DNA from: Podarcis vaucheri
Lineage: Eukaryota
DNA: 64,000 nucleotides
Direction: 5' to 3' (one strand)
Assembly (NCBI GenBank): GCA_965113315.1
Contig: OZ220374.1
This document shows, piece by piece, positions 24,018 through 36,570 of the stretch. The notes beneath the pieces are model-generated. The model was not told the DNA's origin. It saw only the letters and a list, made by a program, of their open reading frames with translations, and made no database searches. The stretch's first letter is position 1. Each line of letters begins with the position of its first letter. A program made the position numbers and the translations under genes.

Positions 24018-25395
24018 CTTTTTTGTAAAGGGACAAAAGCAACACAGAAAACAGATTTTTTAAAAAATAATAATCCATGATCTAATTGAAGGTGACTCCA
24101 AATAAGTTCTTTCTTGGTAGAACTATCAGAATAAGCAGCAAGACCATATACACAGGAAACCTACACAGATCCAGCAACCACCACAAACATTATCGTTATG
24201 TGTTACCTGTATTTTCTTATTGACAACCCACTTCTGGCTTCCAAACCACCTCCCAACACTTCCCAATTAATAACAAGAAGCAAGTTTCCAACACATCAAG
24301 AAATTCATTTGGAAGTAGCCCTCCCTAAAAAATATTCAGAAACAGCTTCCATTACTTCACCAACCAGTTAAATACATTATACCATCAAATACAATTACTT
24401 GAGAAAATCTTTGTGAAAAAGATTAGGGGGAAAATGACCTTGGACTAAAGCAAATGAATACTTCTGACCATCTTCTGTGATGTCATGGTCCTTGTGTAAA
24501 AAGCACACCTACACTTTGGAATGGTCTAGTTTTGTTGAATATATTTCAATGGTAACTATCTAAAGTTGAATGCACATGTAGAAAAACAGCTTTGATCCAT
24601 GCTGGTTACATATGCTCATCAATTTTTAAAACTTTACCTGCTGATTTGAGGGAATGCAGAAAACCTTCAATAGTAATTAAGGGTAATTGATCTTATTATT
24701 GTAAAATTTATTCAATACTTTCACTGCCAGAACTCACATACACACACAGCACTTGAGCACTGACATATTACATTTTATGTAAATGAGGAAAGGGAGCGAT
24801 TAATTTTAAAAATCATAATGGCAGCAAAGTCTTCTATTAACAAGGTCTGCAACAATACTTGACTGCAATGAATAACAAAGCTATTTTTTTTTCAACAACA
24901 AGAGTGCTAAAGCTTCTTCATTATTCTATAGCAAAACCCAAATCCCCCAACAAAGAAAGTGACTGAGAAAAATAAAATATAACAACACTATTGAGGGTGA
25001 AGGGATACACAATAAAGTATATTTTTAAGAAGACTGAAACCAACAATTCTAAACCGTTTGTGAAACTAAAAGATTCCTGAAATTAAACATGCATTTTTTT
25101 TTGTACTGTGCTATCCAGCGCATCAGGCTGTTCACCTAACCAAGATGCAGCACTTCAGGTCTGAAGTTTCCCTATTACTGGTGAGCAAGAAAAGTTTGCA
25201 GCACAGGAGGGGCTTCCTTATTATTGGCTATATGGAAGGAGTGCCTTGGATACTCGTGTCTTAAGAGTCCATGAAACTCCTACAAGCGCCCAATGACTAA
25301 AAGTCATTTCCTATGTGTTACCATCCTCTTTCTTCTGGTGTTAATCTGGAAGAGCTGAAACTAGTAATGATATTGATACACATTAACCTTTAGCA

Positions 25396-25686
25396 CAATT
25401 TCAGAATTGCTGCTCACTGGAAGGACAGATTGTGAAGCTGAGGCTCCAATACTTTGGCCACCTCATGAGAAGAGAAGACTCCCTGGAAAAGACCCTGATG
25501 TTGGGAAAGATGGAGGGCACAAGGAGAAGGGGACGACAGAGGACGAGGTGGTTGGACAGTTTTCTCGAAGCTACCAGCATGAGTTTGACCAAACTGCGGG
25601 AGGCAGTGGAAGACAGGAGTGCCTGGCGTGCTCTGGTCCATGGGGTCACGAAGAGTCAGACACGACTAAACGACTAAACAACAACA
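25396..25686 (+). mobile_element. 5'-truncated RTE-BovB LINE 3' end with 11-bp TSD AACCTTTAGCA
   Basis: Encodes KLRLQYFGHLMRREDSLEKTLMLGKMEGTRRRGRQRTRWLD (BovB ORF C-terminus); tail CGACTAAACGACTAAAC(AAC)n; TSD at 25385-25395 and 25687-25697. Confidence 0.93.
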
Positions 25687-25689
25687 AAC

Positions 25690-25838
25690 CTTTAGCAAGG
25701 CATTTCCTTTCCGATTCTTCCTTGGGAGAATGAGGACTCTGAGTTCTTTGCTCAGTTTTAGAACCAAGAAGTGTCTGCCTTATACTCAGGGTCTGACGAG
25801 GTGTTTTGGGAGATGGCTCAGTTTTGCCGCTCGAAGCA
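25690..25838 (-). CDS. ARHGAP21: ARHGAP21 exon ([26 protein letters not shown]...ERKCLAK)
   Basis: attttttcag|T GCT ... AAA G|gtttgt; 149 nt, phase 2/1; donor abuts a BovB tail. Confidence 0.9.
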
Positions 25839-25924
25839 CTGAAAAAATAAAATTATATTATTCATAAGCAGAGGGCCAATATTTCAGATCAAATGAGCTA
25901 TTAGACTGCAGCATGGCTGCTTAC

Positions 25925-25989
25925 CTCATCATTGTGTTGTATTCTTTAATTCTCCCCCTAATTAGGTCCCTGCTTGTGACCCCTGCATT
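25925..25989 (-). CDS. ARHGAP21: ARHGAP21 exon, helical part of the Arf-binding region (NAGVTSRDLIRGRIKEYNTMM)
   Basis: cattttacag|AAT ... ATG AG|gtaagc; 65 nt, phase 0/2. Confidence 0.92.
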
Positions 25990-28276
25990 CTGTAAAATGA
26001 ATTGAGAAATATTGTTCAGACCATGCTTTAAACAACTGAGATTATCTAGCCACATTCAGGAGACAGTAAACCATAAGAAAGACAAAGTAGTATAACTATA
26101 AGCTCAGATATGTGCAAGCTTCATGTACCCCCCCCCACTTCCTGCAAGCAAGGAAGCACACCAGGAACCTTAGCTGACCATTGCTACATCCAAACCCAGA
26201 AACTACAGTTATTGGCTTCCAAAGAAACTATGATAGATAACCATGGTTTAAACCTGACTTCTGAATTCTGGCTTGTTTCGTTCATTAAGCCAGGATTTGG
26301 TCATGCATATATAGTCGATGTATGTAACACGTTAAAAAAGGAAAAAGAAAAGCGGGCAGGGAAGACACAGGAAGGGCAGAATTCAGTGTATAAGATGCTG
26401 TGCGTCTTAAACCAGGGTGCCGACCAGATGCTGTGAACTGTAACACCTATCACCTCAGCTAGTGTTGCGAATGGGAGTTGCAGTCCACAACACGGAGGGC
26501 ACCGGGTTGGCGACCCCTGCCTTGAGCATGGACTGCTATTACACACTGAATTGCAGACATAGCTGAAAACATCTGAAAGAAAGTAGAAGTAATTTTACAA
26601 GCCAAAGCACTGAGGACAAAAATCTGTAAACAGTATACCCTTACCCTGAATTGCATTTATCTTCAATTAACTTTATGTGACTAATGGTTCTTAAAAATCA
26701 CAACTAACTGCACACTTATCTGCCTACCAATCTACACAGGCATTGCAACAGCAGTGGAAAACAGCAACACCTTCTCATCATGTTCTTATGACAAATCCTC
26801 TCCGGGAACAATCATAGTATTCCAAGAAACAGAGTAGCTCGAAACTATGACTAATACCTGTGTAAAAGATCACCAACTATTCATATTCACATCTGCCTGT
26901 GTCTGTGTGTGTGTGTGTGTATCTTAAGCGCACTATTCTTATAAATCTATTCCACATCAAACACGTTATCTGCAGATTCACATTCAATGCAGTCCACTTT
27001 TACAAGACACTCTTCCTGGCTGCTATTAACAACTGATAGTGTCAGAAGTAGCCTCAATGTCCATGAGTAATGGATGCACAACAGTGTAATCCTATACAAG
27101 TCTACTCAGAAGTAAAGCCTGGTTAAGTTTAATGGGAATTACTTCCAGGTAAATGTACTAAGATTGCTAGTCCGAAAGGAGTTATGTTAGGACTCTGCAC
27201 CCTGATCTCTGCTACAATTTTAAAATATTTAAACCTCAGTATTGGATGGGATTTTCAGATGTGCAGAAGGTGTGGATGATAGCCAATTAAATTTGGGTTT
27301 CATAGCAACAGGGTACTTCATATGGAACATTACATCATTAAATGGAAATTCAGACCATCTATGATTTAATCATTCACCATTAGAAGTTACATACACCAAA
27401 AATGATTAATGAGAACAGGAAGGAAAAGCACTAATTAGCAAAAATTCATAAAAAACTGCAATCTATACATACATATCTTGGAGTAAGTATCACTGAATTC
27501 AGTGGGACTTACTTCTGAGTAGATATTCATAGACTTGCACTGTGAAAGCAGTTTAGGTACAACCGAAAAAGCAGTGTTAATTAAAGTTAGCTAAGCTTCA
27601 GTAAAAGTAACTGAGCCTACTTTTTAACCAGTCTAAAGAAGTTAAATAATTTTAACCACTTCCCTTGGCAAATGATGTTGTTGTTAAAGAGCTCAAACAA
27701 AACAGTTTACTAGAGCTTATTTATTTATATCCCACCTTTCCTCAAAGGATTTCAAGGTGGAGGAATACATCATACACTCGCCATATTATCCTTACAACAA
27801 CTTTGTGAGGCAAGGTAGGCTGAGAGGTGTTTACTGGCCCAAAGTTACCCAGAGCTTCTTGGCCGAGTTAGGAACCACACAGCACAACTCTATGCAATTT
27901 TACTCAAAAGTCAGTCTCATTGTGTTTACTTCCTGGTAAATGTGCACAGAACTTCTCCCTTAAGACAGTTATCTTACTTGAATAACGTGCAAATTTTCAG
28001 TAGTAGTTAAAAAAGAAAGTTCAATAGTTTTCTCTACTTTCTCTTTCAAAATATTCTAATTAAGACTCTGACTCTGGCACTTATCTGTAAGTTAAGGACA
28101 AGGAACATGTGGAGCTCCATATATCAATGGACTCCATCAGCCCCAGACAGCATTGTCAACAGACAGCAATGCCAATGATGTAGCCCAACAAACATCCAAA
28201 TGGACACAGATCTCCATCCCTGTACCCCTATTTCTCTTACTGACTGATTCAATTTTTTCCCCTTGGTATTTTTATA

Positions 28277-28929
28277 CAGTGGTGCCCCGCAAGACGAACG
28301 CCTCGCAAGACGGAAAACCCGCTAGACGAAAGGGTTTTCCGTTTTGGAGGCGCTTCGCAAAACGAATTTCCCTATGGGCTTCCTTCGCAAGACGAAAGCC
28401 CATAGGGAAATCTCCGGGACAGCGGGGAAGCGCAGTGCATCTTTCCCACTGTCCTCAGACCTCCTCCGAAGGCTGGCGGTGGGGCGGAAAGCCCTTCTTC
28501 CCGCGCCAGCCTTTGGAAGGCTCCTCCGAAGGCTGGCGGTGGGGCAGAAAGCCCTTCTCCCTGCGCCAGCCTTCGGATGGCTGTCCTGAAGACTTGCGGT
28601 GGGAGGAGGGTTTTCCTTCCCACCGCCAACATTCAGAATGCTGTTCTGAATGTTGGCGGTGGGGAGGAAAAACCCTCCTCCCACCGCAAGCCCCGGGAAC
28701 AGAGGAGAAGCGCTGCGCCCCTTCCCCTCTGTTCCCATACCTGTCCTGAAGGCTTGCAGTGGGGAGAAAAGCCCTTCTCCGCACCGCCAGCCTGGCAAGC
28801 GGTTTCCATAGGAACACATTAATTGATTTTCAATGCATTCCTATGGGAAACCGTGCTTCGCAAGACGAAAAACTCTCAAGAAGAAAAAACTTGCGGAACG
28901 AATTAATTTCGTCTTGCGAGGCACCACTG
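28277..28929. mobile_element. Tc1/mariner-type MITE family A, long variant with internal ~60-bp hairpin repeat array
   Basis: TA|CAGTGGTGCCCCGCAAGACGAA...TTCGTCTTGCGAGGCACCACTG|TA. Confidence 0.9.
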
Positions 28930-29408
28930 TACTGAGTTTACAGTGTGTTAACACATAATTATTTAAATAATAGGACTGTTCTCCATAGGGGGTTAAAATA
29001 ATAGCAGACTAACAATGATTATTAAAATAATAATCATTGTTAGTCTACCTACTAACCACTAATAAAACTAGTTCAGCTGCTTTTCATAATGCAGTTGTAA
29101 TTGTGAACCACCCTGGGATCTTCAGATGAAAGGCGGTATATAAATCTAAAAAGTAATAAATAATAATATATTCAATTCAGCTACATGCAAAACAGCTGGG
29201 CTACTGCCCATCATAGAAAGAGAAAGTGCATAGCATTAAGATGAAGAAACCTATGCATGCTGTCAAACTTTAATTATACTTCAGTAAACACCAGCTTCTT
29301 TCAGTTCAGTAGAATGTCACCATATTCATTGGGACTAGTTCTGTACCCTTTGACAAAGTATATAACAGACAACAGAGGGGAGAAATAAAGACTTAACAAG
29401 CACACCAC

Positions 29409-29693
29409 CTCATCATTTAAGTTGCCATTTTCTTGTATAGCCTTAATCCATGCTAACATGTCATCTCTGTCTTCAGCCTGAAACAGGTATTCGCAATCTG
29501 ACGTGGTGAGTCGAAATACATGCTTCCTTTTTGTATCGCTGTACGAAATGTCTATCAAACAAGCATTGATGCTGATGGGCTGCACCTCCTCAGAGGACAG
29601 AGTTTGATCTTTTTTATCCTTGTACAAGTATAAAGAGCAACCTTTCAGGACTACATGCATCTGCTTCCACGGCCGGATGCTCCCACTAACTCT
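29409..29693 (-). CDS. ARHGAP21: ARHGAP21 PH-domain exon ([18 protein letters not shown]...[18 protein letters not shown])
   Basis: attttccag|AGA ... GAG|gtggtg; 285 nt; PH signature [17 protein letters not shown]. Confidence 0.93.
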
Positions 29694-29908
29694 CTGGAAA
29701 ATATGAACCAGCATTATTATTGAATAAAGTAAAACGGACAGACAATATGCTTTACAGAAACAACAACAACGAGTCCTTAGTCTGAATTACTTTGGGTCCA
29801 AATTCAACAGCAGGAGAGAAAAGAGAGGGAGAAGCAACCTCTGACTAGCCTCCTAGGCATTAACTTTTGAAAAGCTATTCTGAAACAAATGACTGTGATG
29901 TTATACAG

Positions 29909-30260
29909 CAGTGATTTTCAAACTTCCTACCCCCCGACCACTTGAAAATTGCTGAGGGTCTTGGTGAACCACTTTATGATTTTTCTGCCCCTTTAGAAAT
30001 TGTAGTGTGCTGCGCTAGATGCTGTAGGATTTTAATCATATTTTTAATGGTTCTTTTATTTCTTATACTGTAGTTTATTGGATTGCAATTCAAATGTCAT
30101 AGAACTTTAAGGTAATACAATAAAATATACTATAAGAATTTAAAAACCATTAAAATGTGAATAAAAATCAATATGATTATTTAATGTTGACATGTGGTGG
30201 ACCACCTGAATGAAACTCACAGACCACTGGTGGTGACAGACCAAAGTTTGGGTACCCCCA
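29909..30260. mobile_element. Old hAT-type MITE
   Basis: Starts CAGTGATTTTCAAAC; flanked by near-identical 8-mers ttatacag / ttgtacag; TIRs degenerate. Confidence 0.5.
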
Positions 30261-30864
30261 TTGTACAGAATACTGTAACGTGCAAAAATAAGTAAGTAGA
30301 CTTTTATGCAACCACACTATTTTCTGACAGATTCACTGACTAGCTGCTGCTAAAATGCTTCCCTAGCCAAACATGACAGTTTCTTTGCAGAGTGCAAAAA
30401 ATACAAGAAGTACTTTTACTGACACCACTTCCATACATTTCATTTTCGGGCTTAAACACTTTCTGGCTAATTCAGTACTGCTGGCAGCCTGGAGAATCAG
30501 CAATTTGTTCTTACTATGGAGCACAGAGAACCTGACATGCAAAAGGATTCCCCTAATTTCATTAATGTTCCCTAGGTTCACTCTAATTGCCAGGGAAACA
30601 GAACACTGCAGCAAGTGTATCAAGTCTGCATGCTTCAATCATATTTGGAAATACAGTCTCAAATACATCCTGATAGATGCTGGGAATGTTTCAAGAGCTG
30701 TTGAAAGAAAAGCAAACAAGTATCTAGCCCTCTCAGCTTGCAATGAAAAACCTGCAAACACGAGTAGTTTCTAGTAAAAAAAGACATACGGACAAGAAGG
30801 CATCTAAATAATTAGCTACACAATTTGTATTTGCTATTAGCTGTATATTAGGGGAAAGCAGTAC

Positions 30865-30990
30865 CTTTCCCTTCTCTGTGCCTAGCTGTCGAAAATGAAG
30901 GCATCCTTCCTTGGAGACATCACCGATGACCTCTGAAGAAGAAGCTTTTCTTGACCCTGAGTTTTCTGAAGATGTTTGGCTATCTGGGGC
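30865..30990 (-). CDS. ARHGAP21: ARHGAP21 exon, PH start ([12 protein letters not shown]...[16 protein letters not shown])
   Basis: ttttctttag|GCC ... AAG|gtactg; 126 nt. Confidence 0.92.
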
Positions 30991-31272
30991 CTAAAGAAAA
31001 CACCATACTGAATCAACTTTGTAATTAAAGAAACATGGTATGATCAACCACCTCTTTACTCACTTGAAACAATATCTCTTCTTTCTTTTTTGGGCAGGAA
31101 GGTGGATGCAAGGAGAAAGCAGGGACAGGTAGCTAACATCAGCTGCACAGTACAATTATTCAGCAGCTTGTTGCTGCTAGTCTCTGCATGCCCCCATTTT
31201 GCCTGTCTTCAAGAGGGACAGATGGGGACAAAGCATAACCAGTCACTGGAGAGCCTCACTGTGTCCCTAGAC

Positions 31273-31730
31273 CAGGGCTCAGCAAACTTTTTCAGTAGAG
31301 GGCCGGTCCACTGTCCCTCAGACCTTGTGGGGGGCTGGACTATACTTTTTGCGGAGGGGAATGATGCAAGAGTACCACGAGCTCCGGTGGCTGCTTACCT
31401 GCGTCTTGTGAGCGGCAGGGGCTGGCGGTGGTGGCGGGATGCTGAGCAGTGCGCGAAAGGGCTCCAGAGAGGGGCTGCTTAAAATGGCAGCCACTCAAGC
31501 ACTGCTGCTGCTGGCACCAACAAAGCCCAGCCCCCTTCCTCCCCTAGGCAGGGCGGGGAGAAGCCAGGAGGAGGGAGGGAGGAGGCGCCGGTACCACCGG
31601 CGCCGCTGTGTGAGGGAGAGGGAAAGAACGTGTGCGCTGGTGATCCACGTGACGATTCCCGGACTGCGGGCCAGATCCAGAAGGCAATTGGGCCTGATCC
31701 AGCCCGCAGACATTAGTTTGCCTACCTATG
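31273..31730. mobile_element. hAT (Charlie-like) MITE
   Basis: CAGGGCTCAGCAAACT...AGTTTGCCTACCTATG imperfect TIRs; 8-bp TSD ccctagac / ccctagcc; GC-rich interior. Confidence 0.75.
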
Positions 31731-32232
31731 CCCTAGCCTAGACCAATCCTACTCACTTGTATCATACATATAGGTGGCTGCAGTTCTTAAGCTGGCTGCA
31801 CACATGATTTGGATACTGTGAACCACTTATCATCCAGCTATATAGGAACATATTAAATTGCTTTATACTTAGGTCAGAATATTTATTCATCTGGTACATC
31901 TGTCTACAGCACTCCAGAGTTATAGGAAGACAAAAGAGTTTTCCATCAACTACCACCTGATCCTTATAACTTGCAATAACGGTGATGAAACCTAGATACT
32001 TTATGCATGCAATGCACTGGCTCTGCCCCCAACAGAAGGTCTCTGCAAGGTATTAGTATCCAAAAATTCAATGTAGTAAAGCAATTCCATTAATAAAGCC
32101 TATATCCTCACATACTTTTGTTCACCATAATGTTTAAACATGCAGCACCACCATCACTGGGTACTCTTATTTTCACAGCTGATAACAATGTTCACAGCTG
32201 ATAACAATTATCTTGAATAAAGAGTTACTGAC

Positions 32233-32269
32233 CTTAATTCCCTTTAAGCTAGATACATGCTTTATGGAC
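32233..32269 (-). CDS. ARHGAP21: ARHGAP21 37-nt exon (SIKHVSSLKGIK)
   Basis: cgtctatag|G TCC ... AAG|gtcagt; phase 2/0. Confidence 0.9.
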
Positions 32270-32370
32270 CTATAGACGGAGAGTAGATATTAGTGTCAAC
32301 ATATCTGAATGCACACTTGGATATAGCATATATTCACAGATGCACTTAGATATTTTCATTCAGGACTTAC

Positions 32371-32470
32371 ATTTTTCCTTCTCGATAGTCATCCAGCCCT
32401 TCATCATAAGATTTGGACCTTTCACTTTTTGCAGGGAACTGACCATCCAGAACACTAGTCCTGATAGATT
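32371..32470 (-). CDS. ARHGAP21: ARHGAP21 exon (ESIRTSVLDGQFPAKSERSKSYDEGLDDYREGK)
   Basis: ttgactgcag|AA ... AT|gtaagt; 100 nt, phase 1/2; ERSKSYDEGLD motif. Confidence 0.93.
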
Positions 32471-32576
32471 CTGCAGTCAAAACAAGTGCATATCCATTTA
32501 TTTAAAAAACAAATAAACACGACCACCACATTTCATCAATGGATTAGCTAAAGAAGCCTTGACAGCTGTGACTTAC

Positions 32577-32732
32577 CATGGTCATGGGATAGTTGGCGCC
32601 GAAAAGGGACAAGAGAGGTAGGGCTAGGAGGAACTGTAGCAATGGTGGGAGCGCGTGAGGCAGATGCTGAAATAACAGCAGAAGCCGGAATGTGGGCGAT
32701 ATCATGGTCAGTACTGGGACTAGCTGGCTCAT
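32577..32732 (-). CDS. ARHGAP21: ARHGAP21 exon ([22 protein letters not shown]...RRQLSHDH)
   Basis: gccttgtag|AT GAG ... CAT G|gtaagt; 156 nt, phase 1/1. Confidence 0.93.
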
Positions 32733-34294
32733 CTACAAGGCAATACACAGCGAATTACTAAATCTTAAAAAGTGTCAATTAATTGGCCCAACCTGGGATA
32801 ATTAGGTGTGGTATGGTGCCCCTGTGCCCTTACTAGACACACCAACACAACACCTCTGTGGCACAGACATTCCAATGCCATTCCAGAAGAGATAGGAGAA
32901 AAATGATTAAAAATAGTTTGCTGCACTTTTGAAGAGGGGGGAAAAATCAAATTAATTAAATAATACATACAATCTAATTCACATTATTAATGAGATAATT
33001 GAATGAAAAGCAAAGATAAGATTGTTACTTTTACAACAGCTGGGGAAAAGAAGAAATGTTAAACTGAACAAAAAATGTACTATTGCAGTGTTCAGTTTCT
33101 TCATGAAATACATTTTTCACAAGATTGTATATAAATCTAACTACATATACATTTGTCAATAAAACAAATCTTTTTTAAAAAAAATATATATCAAGTGTCC
33201 GACTGCTGTCATTTAAGTGAGACTTCAATTAAAATAAACTGGAAATAAGCAAAACAAGCTACTTGAAAGTTACACATAAATAATCAAAACACACATTATA
33301 ATTAATCTCTAGGCAAAGAAGGGAAATTTTTGTTATTTTCACAGAAAGCCTATGCCACTAGCACATATGCACTAACACACCCAATGATCCTGTTACAATA
33401 TAATCAGTTCAGATTCACAGTGCAAGTTCTAGTATGTCAAAAGTTGCTACTGCTACATACCAATTATCACTTCCAGTAATTGCTGATATAAGTTATCACA
33501 ATCTGTACATATCCAGCACCTCGTAGTTTCTAGTGCCACAAGAGTCATCCTGCAACAGTCAAGAAAGCCTAAAAATCCTGAGATTCCCAGATTTGCAAAG
33601 ATGCAGACCAGGCACGTATTCTAGAAGATAATATTAAGCCTGATCTATGAAATTCTAGAAATAACAGGATAAGCAGTTTTCCTAAACTTTCAATGTACAG
33701 GACAAAACTGTACAGCAATCCAGAGCATGTTGCACTCTGATCATTAATATGTATTGATTCTAGGTGCTATGCATTTTAATACGCTGTGCTTCTGAAAGGC
33801 CCATTGAAATATGCAAGCCTTCACAAACAGAGGTTTATTCTTTTCTTTGAATGAACACATCAGCACGTACTGCATTGTGTTTTCAAAGCGTAATTGATGG
33901 CTCTGCTTTAAGGAGGCAGTGCCTGTAGCATCCAAGTTTAGTAGTACATGCACATACAAGCACACAGACTTCTTCAAAATAATAATGACAACAACATTTT
34001 CAAGAATAGAAGGACTTAGATAATTCTCTGACATCTCCCCCTTTAAAACACTGAGACATTGCAGCAAGAGCTTATAGATGGGAGCAAGGCGTGACAATCC
34101 AGACTAAACACACATAAACACTTCACAGCTAAATATGAATATTCTCCCTAATGATTAGAAAACTAGACACTTTAAAAGAAGCTGAATAATTAGCTTGCAT
34201 TCATACAACTGTCACTTATTAACAATGATTTTATTTCCGAATAATTCTTAAAAGCAGGTCTTGAAAACAAGATGCATTGTAGCATACATCCGTA

Positions 34295-34374
34295 CTACTC
34301 CTACTACTCCTACTGAAGAAGACGAAGACGAAGACGAAGAAGAAGAAGAAGAAGAAGAAGAAGAAGAAGAAGAA
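34295..34374. repeat. Compound (CTA/CTC)(GAAGAC)n(GAA)n microsatellite, followed by a probable LINE 3' remnant to ~34523
   Basis: Direct inspection; LINE assignment is inference. Confidence 0.85.
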
Positions 34375-35831
34375 GCTGCCTATCTCGTTGTCCCAGCCAC
34401 TCTGGGCAGCTCCCAACAAAGTATTAAAAACACAAGTAAACATAAATTATAAACTTCCCTATACAGGGCTGCCTTCACATGTCTTCTAAAAGTAAAATAG
34501 TTGTTTATTTCCTTGACATCTGATAATAATAATAATTTTATTCTTATCCAAGTAAACACATTCTCCTCATTAGCTGCTCTTTTTAAAAAAAGCTTTTGGA
34601 AGAGCTGTATTTGCAGTTGTTTAGGTGCCTCAGACTCCAACCAGAGTAAAAACCATTTCCTCTCGTACCCAAGAATTAAGGTAATGTGTGTTTTACGAAA
34701 CAACATGATTTCCCAGAGTACTGTACATGACATTTATCCTACAAAAAAGAGCTTGTGAATCCCTGAAGAATTTGGAGCGGTTATGTCAAGCTTGAATAAA
34801 TGTCATGCTATAAAATATCAAGCATTCATTTTACACTGAGCCAACTTCCTATAAACAACTTCAATGCATTTTTTCACATGCTGTTACTAGTCAGACAATT
34901 GTAAAATCACACACATACAACCTCTCCCCTCTACTTTTTAATAGGAAGGAAAAGATTAACAGTGTTCACAAAATCATCCATTTGCACTGTCAGGCAGAAC
35001 AGCATATGGTGCAGTCAGCTGATAGGCACAATCTTGACAGAAAACACTGCCCATTTGTTCAGGATGTACATAGCACGACTCCTGCAAAGAGCTTCACTGT
35101 GGCCAGTCTGTAAGATAGTGTGAAGGATGTGAAGTCACAATAGAGGAATTGAAATCAGAATACAGTTTAGAAAGATAAGTATGCTTCTGTTATTTTCATG
35201 GAATCCTCAAAACTTCCTAATTGTAAAAATGAGAAATTTGCCTAGGCATAGTCTTCTAATTGAATCACACTAAATTTTGCTTGATGTATCTTAATGCAGT
35301 AAAATAGGATGCCAGAATCAATTTCGCTTTGGTACTTGAGTAATATTCCAGTAAGCTACACCATACACAGAGGCAAACAGCTATTTCAGATAGTCTGCAG
35401 CGATATCAACAAAGGAAAGGCACAAACATCAAAAACAAACTTTCATATATTGTGGAGTAATAATCTTTCATACTACTGTCTTCAGTTTAACATCCATTCA
35501 TAGCTAAGCCTCGACTCTGCAGAGCACCAAATGCCAATGTGAACTTCCTGCCAGATATGTGTTTTAGAGTTCAACATTATGGCCAGGATCCAAAGAACTG
35601 TGCAACTAGTTCTGAACACCCAAGGGCCTTTGATCTGCAGGTTCATGAATAGCAGCCATTCATACAGTATTGACAAACCATTCATGTCACTTTAAGGAGT
35701 TTTCAAAGTAGTTCGCAATATGGCACAGAATCCTGCTATTTGAAAGGGGAGGGGGTGTCAGAATTTTTGAGCCCTATGAGCCTAGACTATATAATTTTGA
35801 ACATGAAGACATTGCTACAACCTCTGAATAC

Positions 35832-35960
35832 AGAATCATGGAATCGTAGAGTTTGAAGGGATCCCAAGGGTCATCTAGTCCAACCCCCAGCAATGCAGGA
35901 ATCTCAACTAAATCATACATGACAGATGACCATCCTCGGCTTAAAAACCTCCCAAGATGC
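35832..35960 (-). mobile_element. CR1-type 3' end / CR1-tailed SINE fragment
   Basis: agaatcatggaatcgtagagtttgaagggatccc..gtcatctagtccaacccc is the reverse complement of the CR1-like tail. Confidence 0.65.
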
Positions 35961-36109
35961 AAGCATCAGTCAGAGGTAATGTAAGAAATGGCCATAAGGT
36001 GGTTGTTCCTGTTATCATTATTGTTGTATCTCCTTTCATGTGAGCCTCAAGACAATTTACAAGCATGCAAAAAAAGGCTTAAAAACAACACAAGTAAACA
36101 TGCTGGAAA

Positions 36110-36570
36110 AACTTAACAAAACAGAAAGGTCTTCAACTGTTTCTGCAAAGTACAAATAATGGGCGCCTGATGTATATCAGAGGGATAAGTGTTCTACAAA
36201 ACGGGGGCAGCCATACTGAAAGTCCTGCTCCAAGTTGCTTGTGCAGTGACTTCTGGTATTTTGGGTACTTCACAGTGATACTCTGCTGCAGAATACAGTA
36301 ACCTAATGTAAGTGGTATGGCAGTCTCTTAAGTAACTTGGTCTCAAGTTGTATAGGGTCTTATATGTTAGTACCAAAACCTGGAACTTGGCCCAATAGCA
36401 GGCAGGCAATGCAAAGCCGGCAAATCATGTGTTATAGGCTGATGACTGTCTGCTACCATAGGCAACCTGTCCATCATACTCAGTATTAGATGCAGCCTCA
36501 AGGGTAGCCCCACAAAGAGCACACTGCATTAATCCAACCTTGAGGTTACCAATGCATGGATGACTGTGAT
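36110..36570 (-). mobile_element. Degenerate L2-type LINE ORF2 3' fragment
   Basis: Minus ORF FQVLVLTYKTLYNLRPSYL...EVP...RTFSMAAP resembles the L2 ORF2 C-terminus (FKxLxLTYKAL..L.P.YL...RAFS.AAP). Ends approximate. Confidence 0.7.

Noticed and set aside
28465-28795. Regularly spaced palindromic repeats resembling a CRISPR array
   Set aside because: Eukaryotic intron, degenerate units, no unique spacers, no cas genes; enclosed by MITE TIRs.
28153-28822. Overlapping 80-198 aa ORFs on both strands
   Set aside because: Arise from the GC-rich repeat array of a MITE; no transposase or other domain.
31273-31730. CpG/GC-rich patch suggesting an internal promoter
   Set aside because: Bounded by hAT TIRs and an 8-bp TSD; GC content is transposon-derived.
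32172-32208. Tandem duplication of TTCACAGCTGATAACAAT near a donor
   Set aside because: Simple slippage-type duplication that leaves the splice site intact.
34231-34452. Poly-Glu / poly-Phe ORFs (also poly-Asn at 42283, poly-Tyr at 16807)
   Set aside because: Translations of microsatellites.
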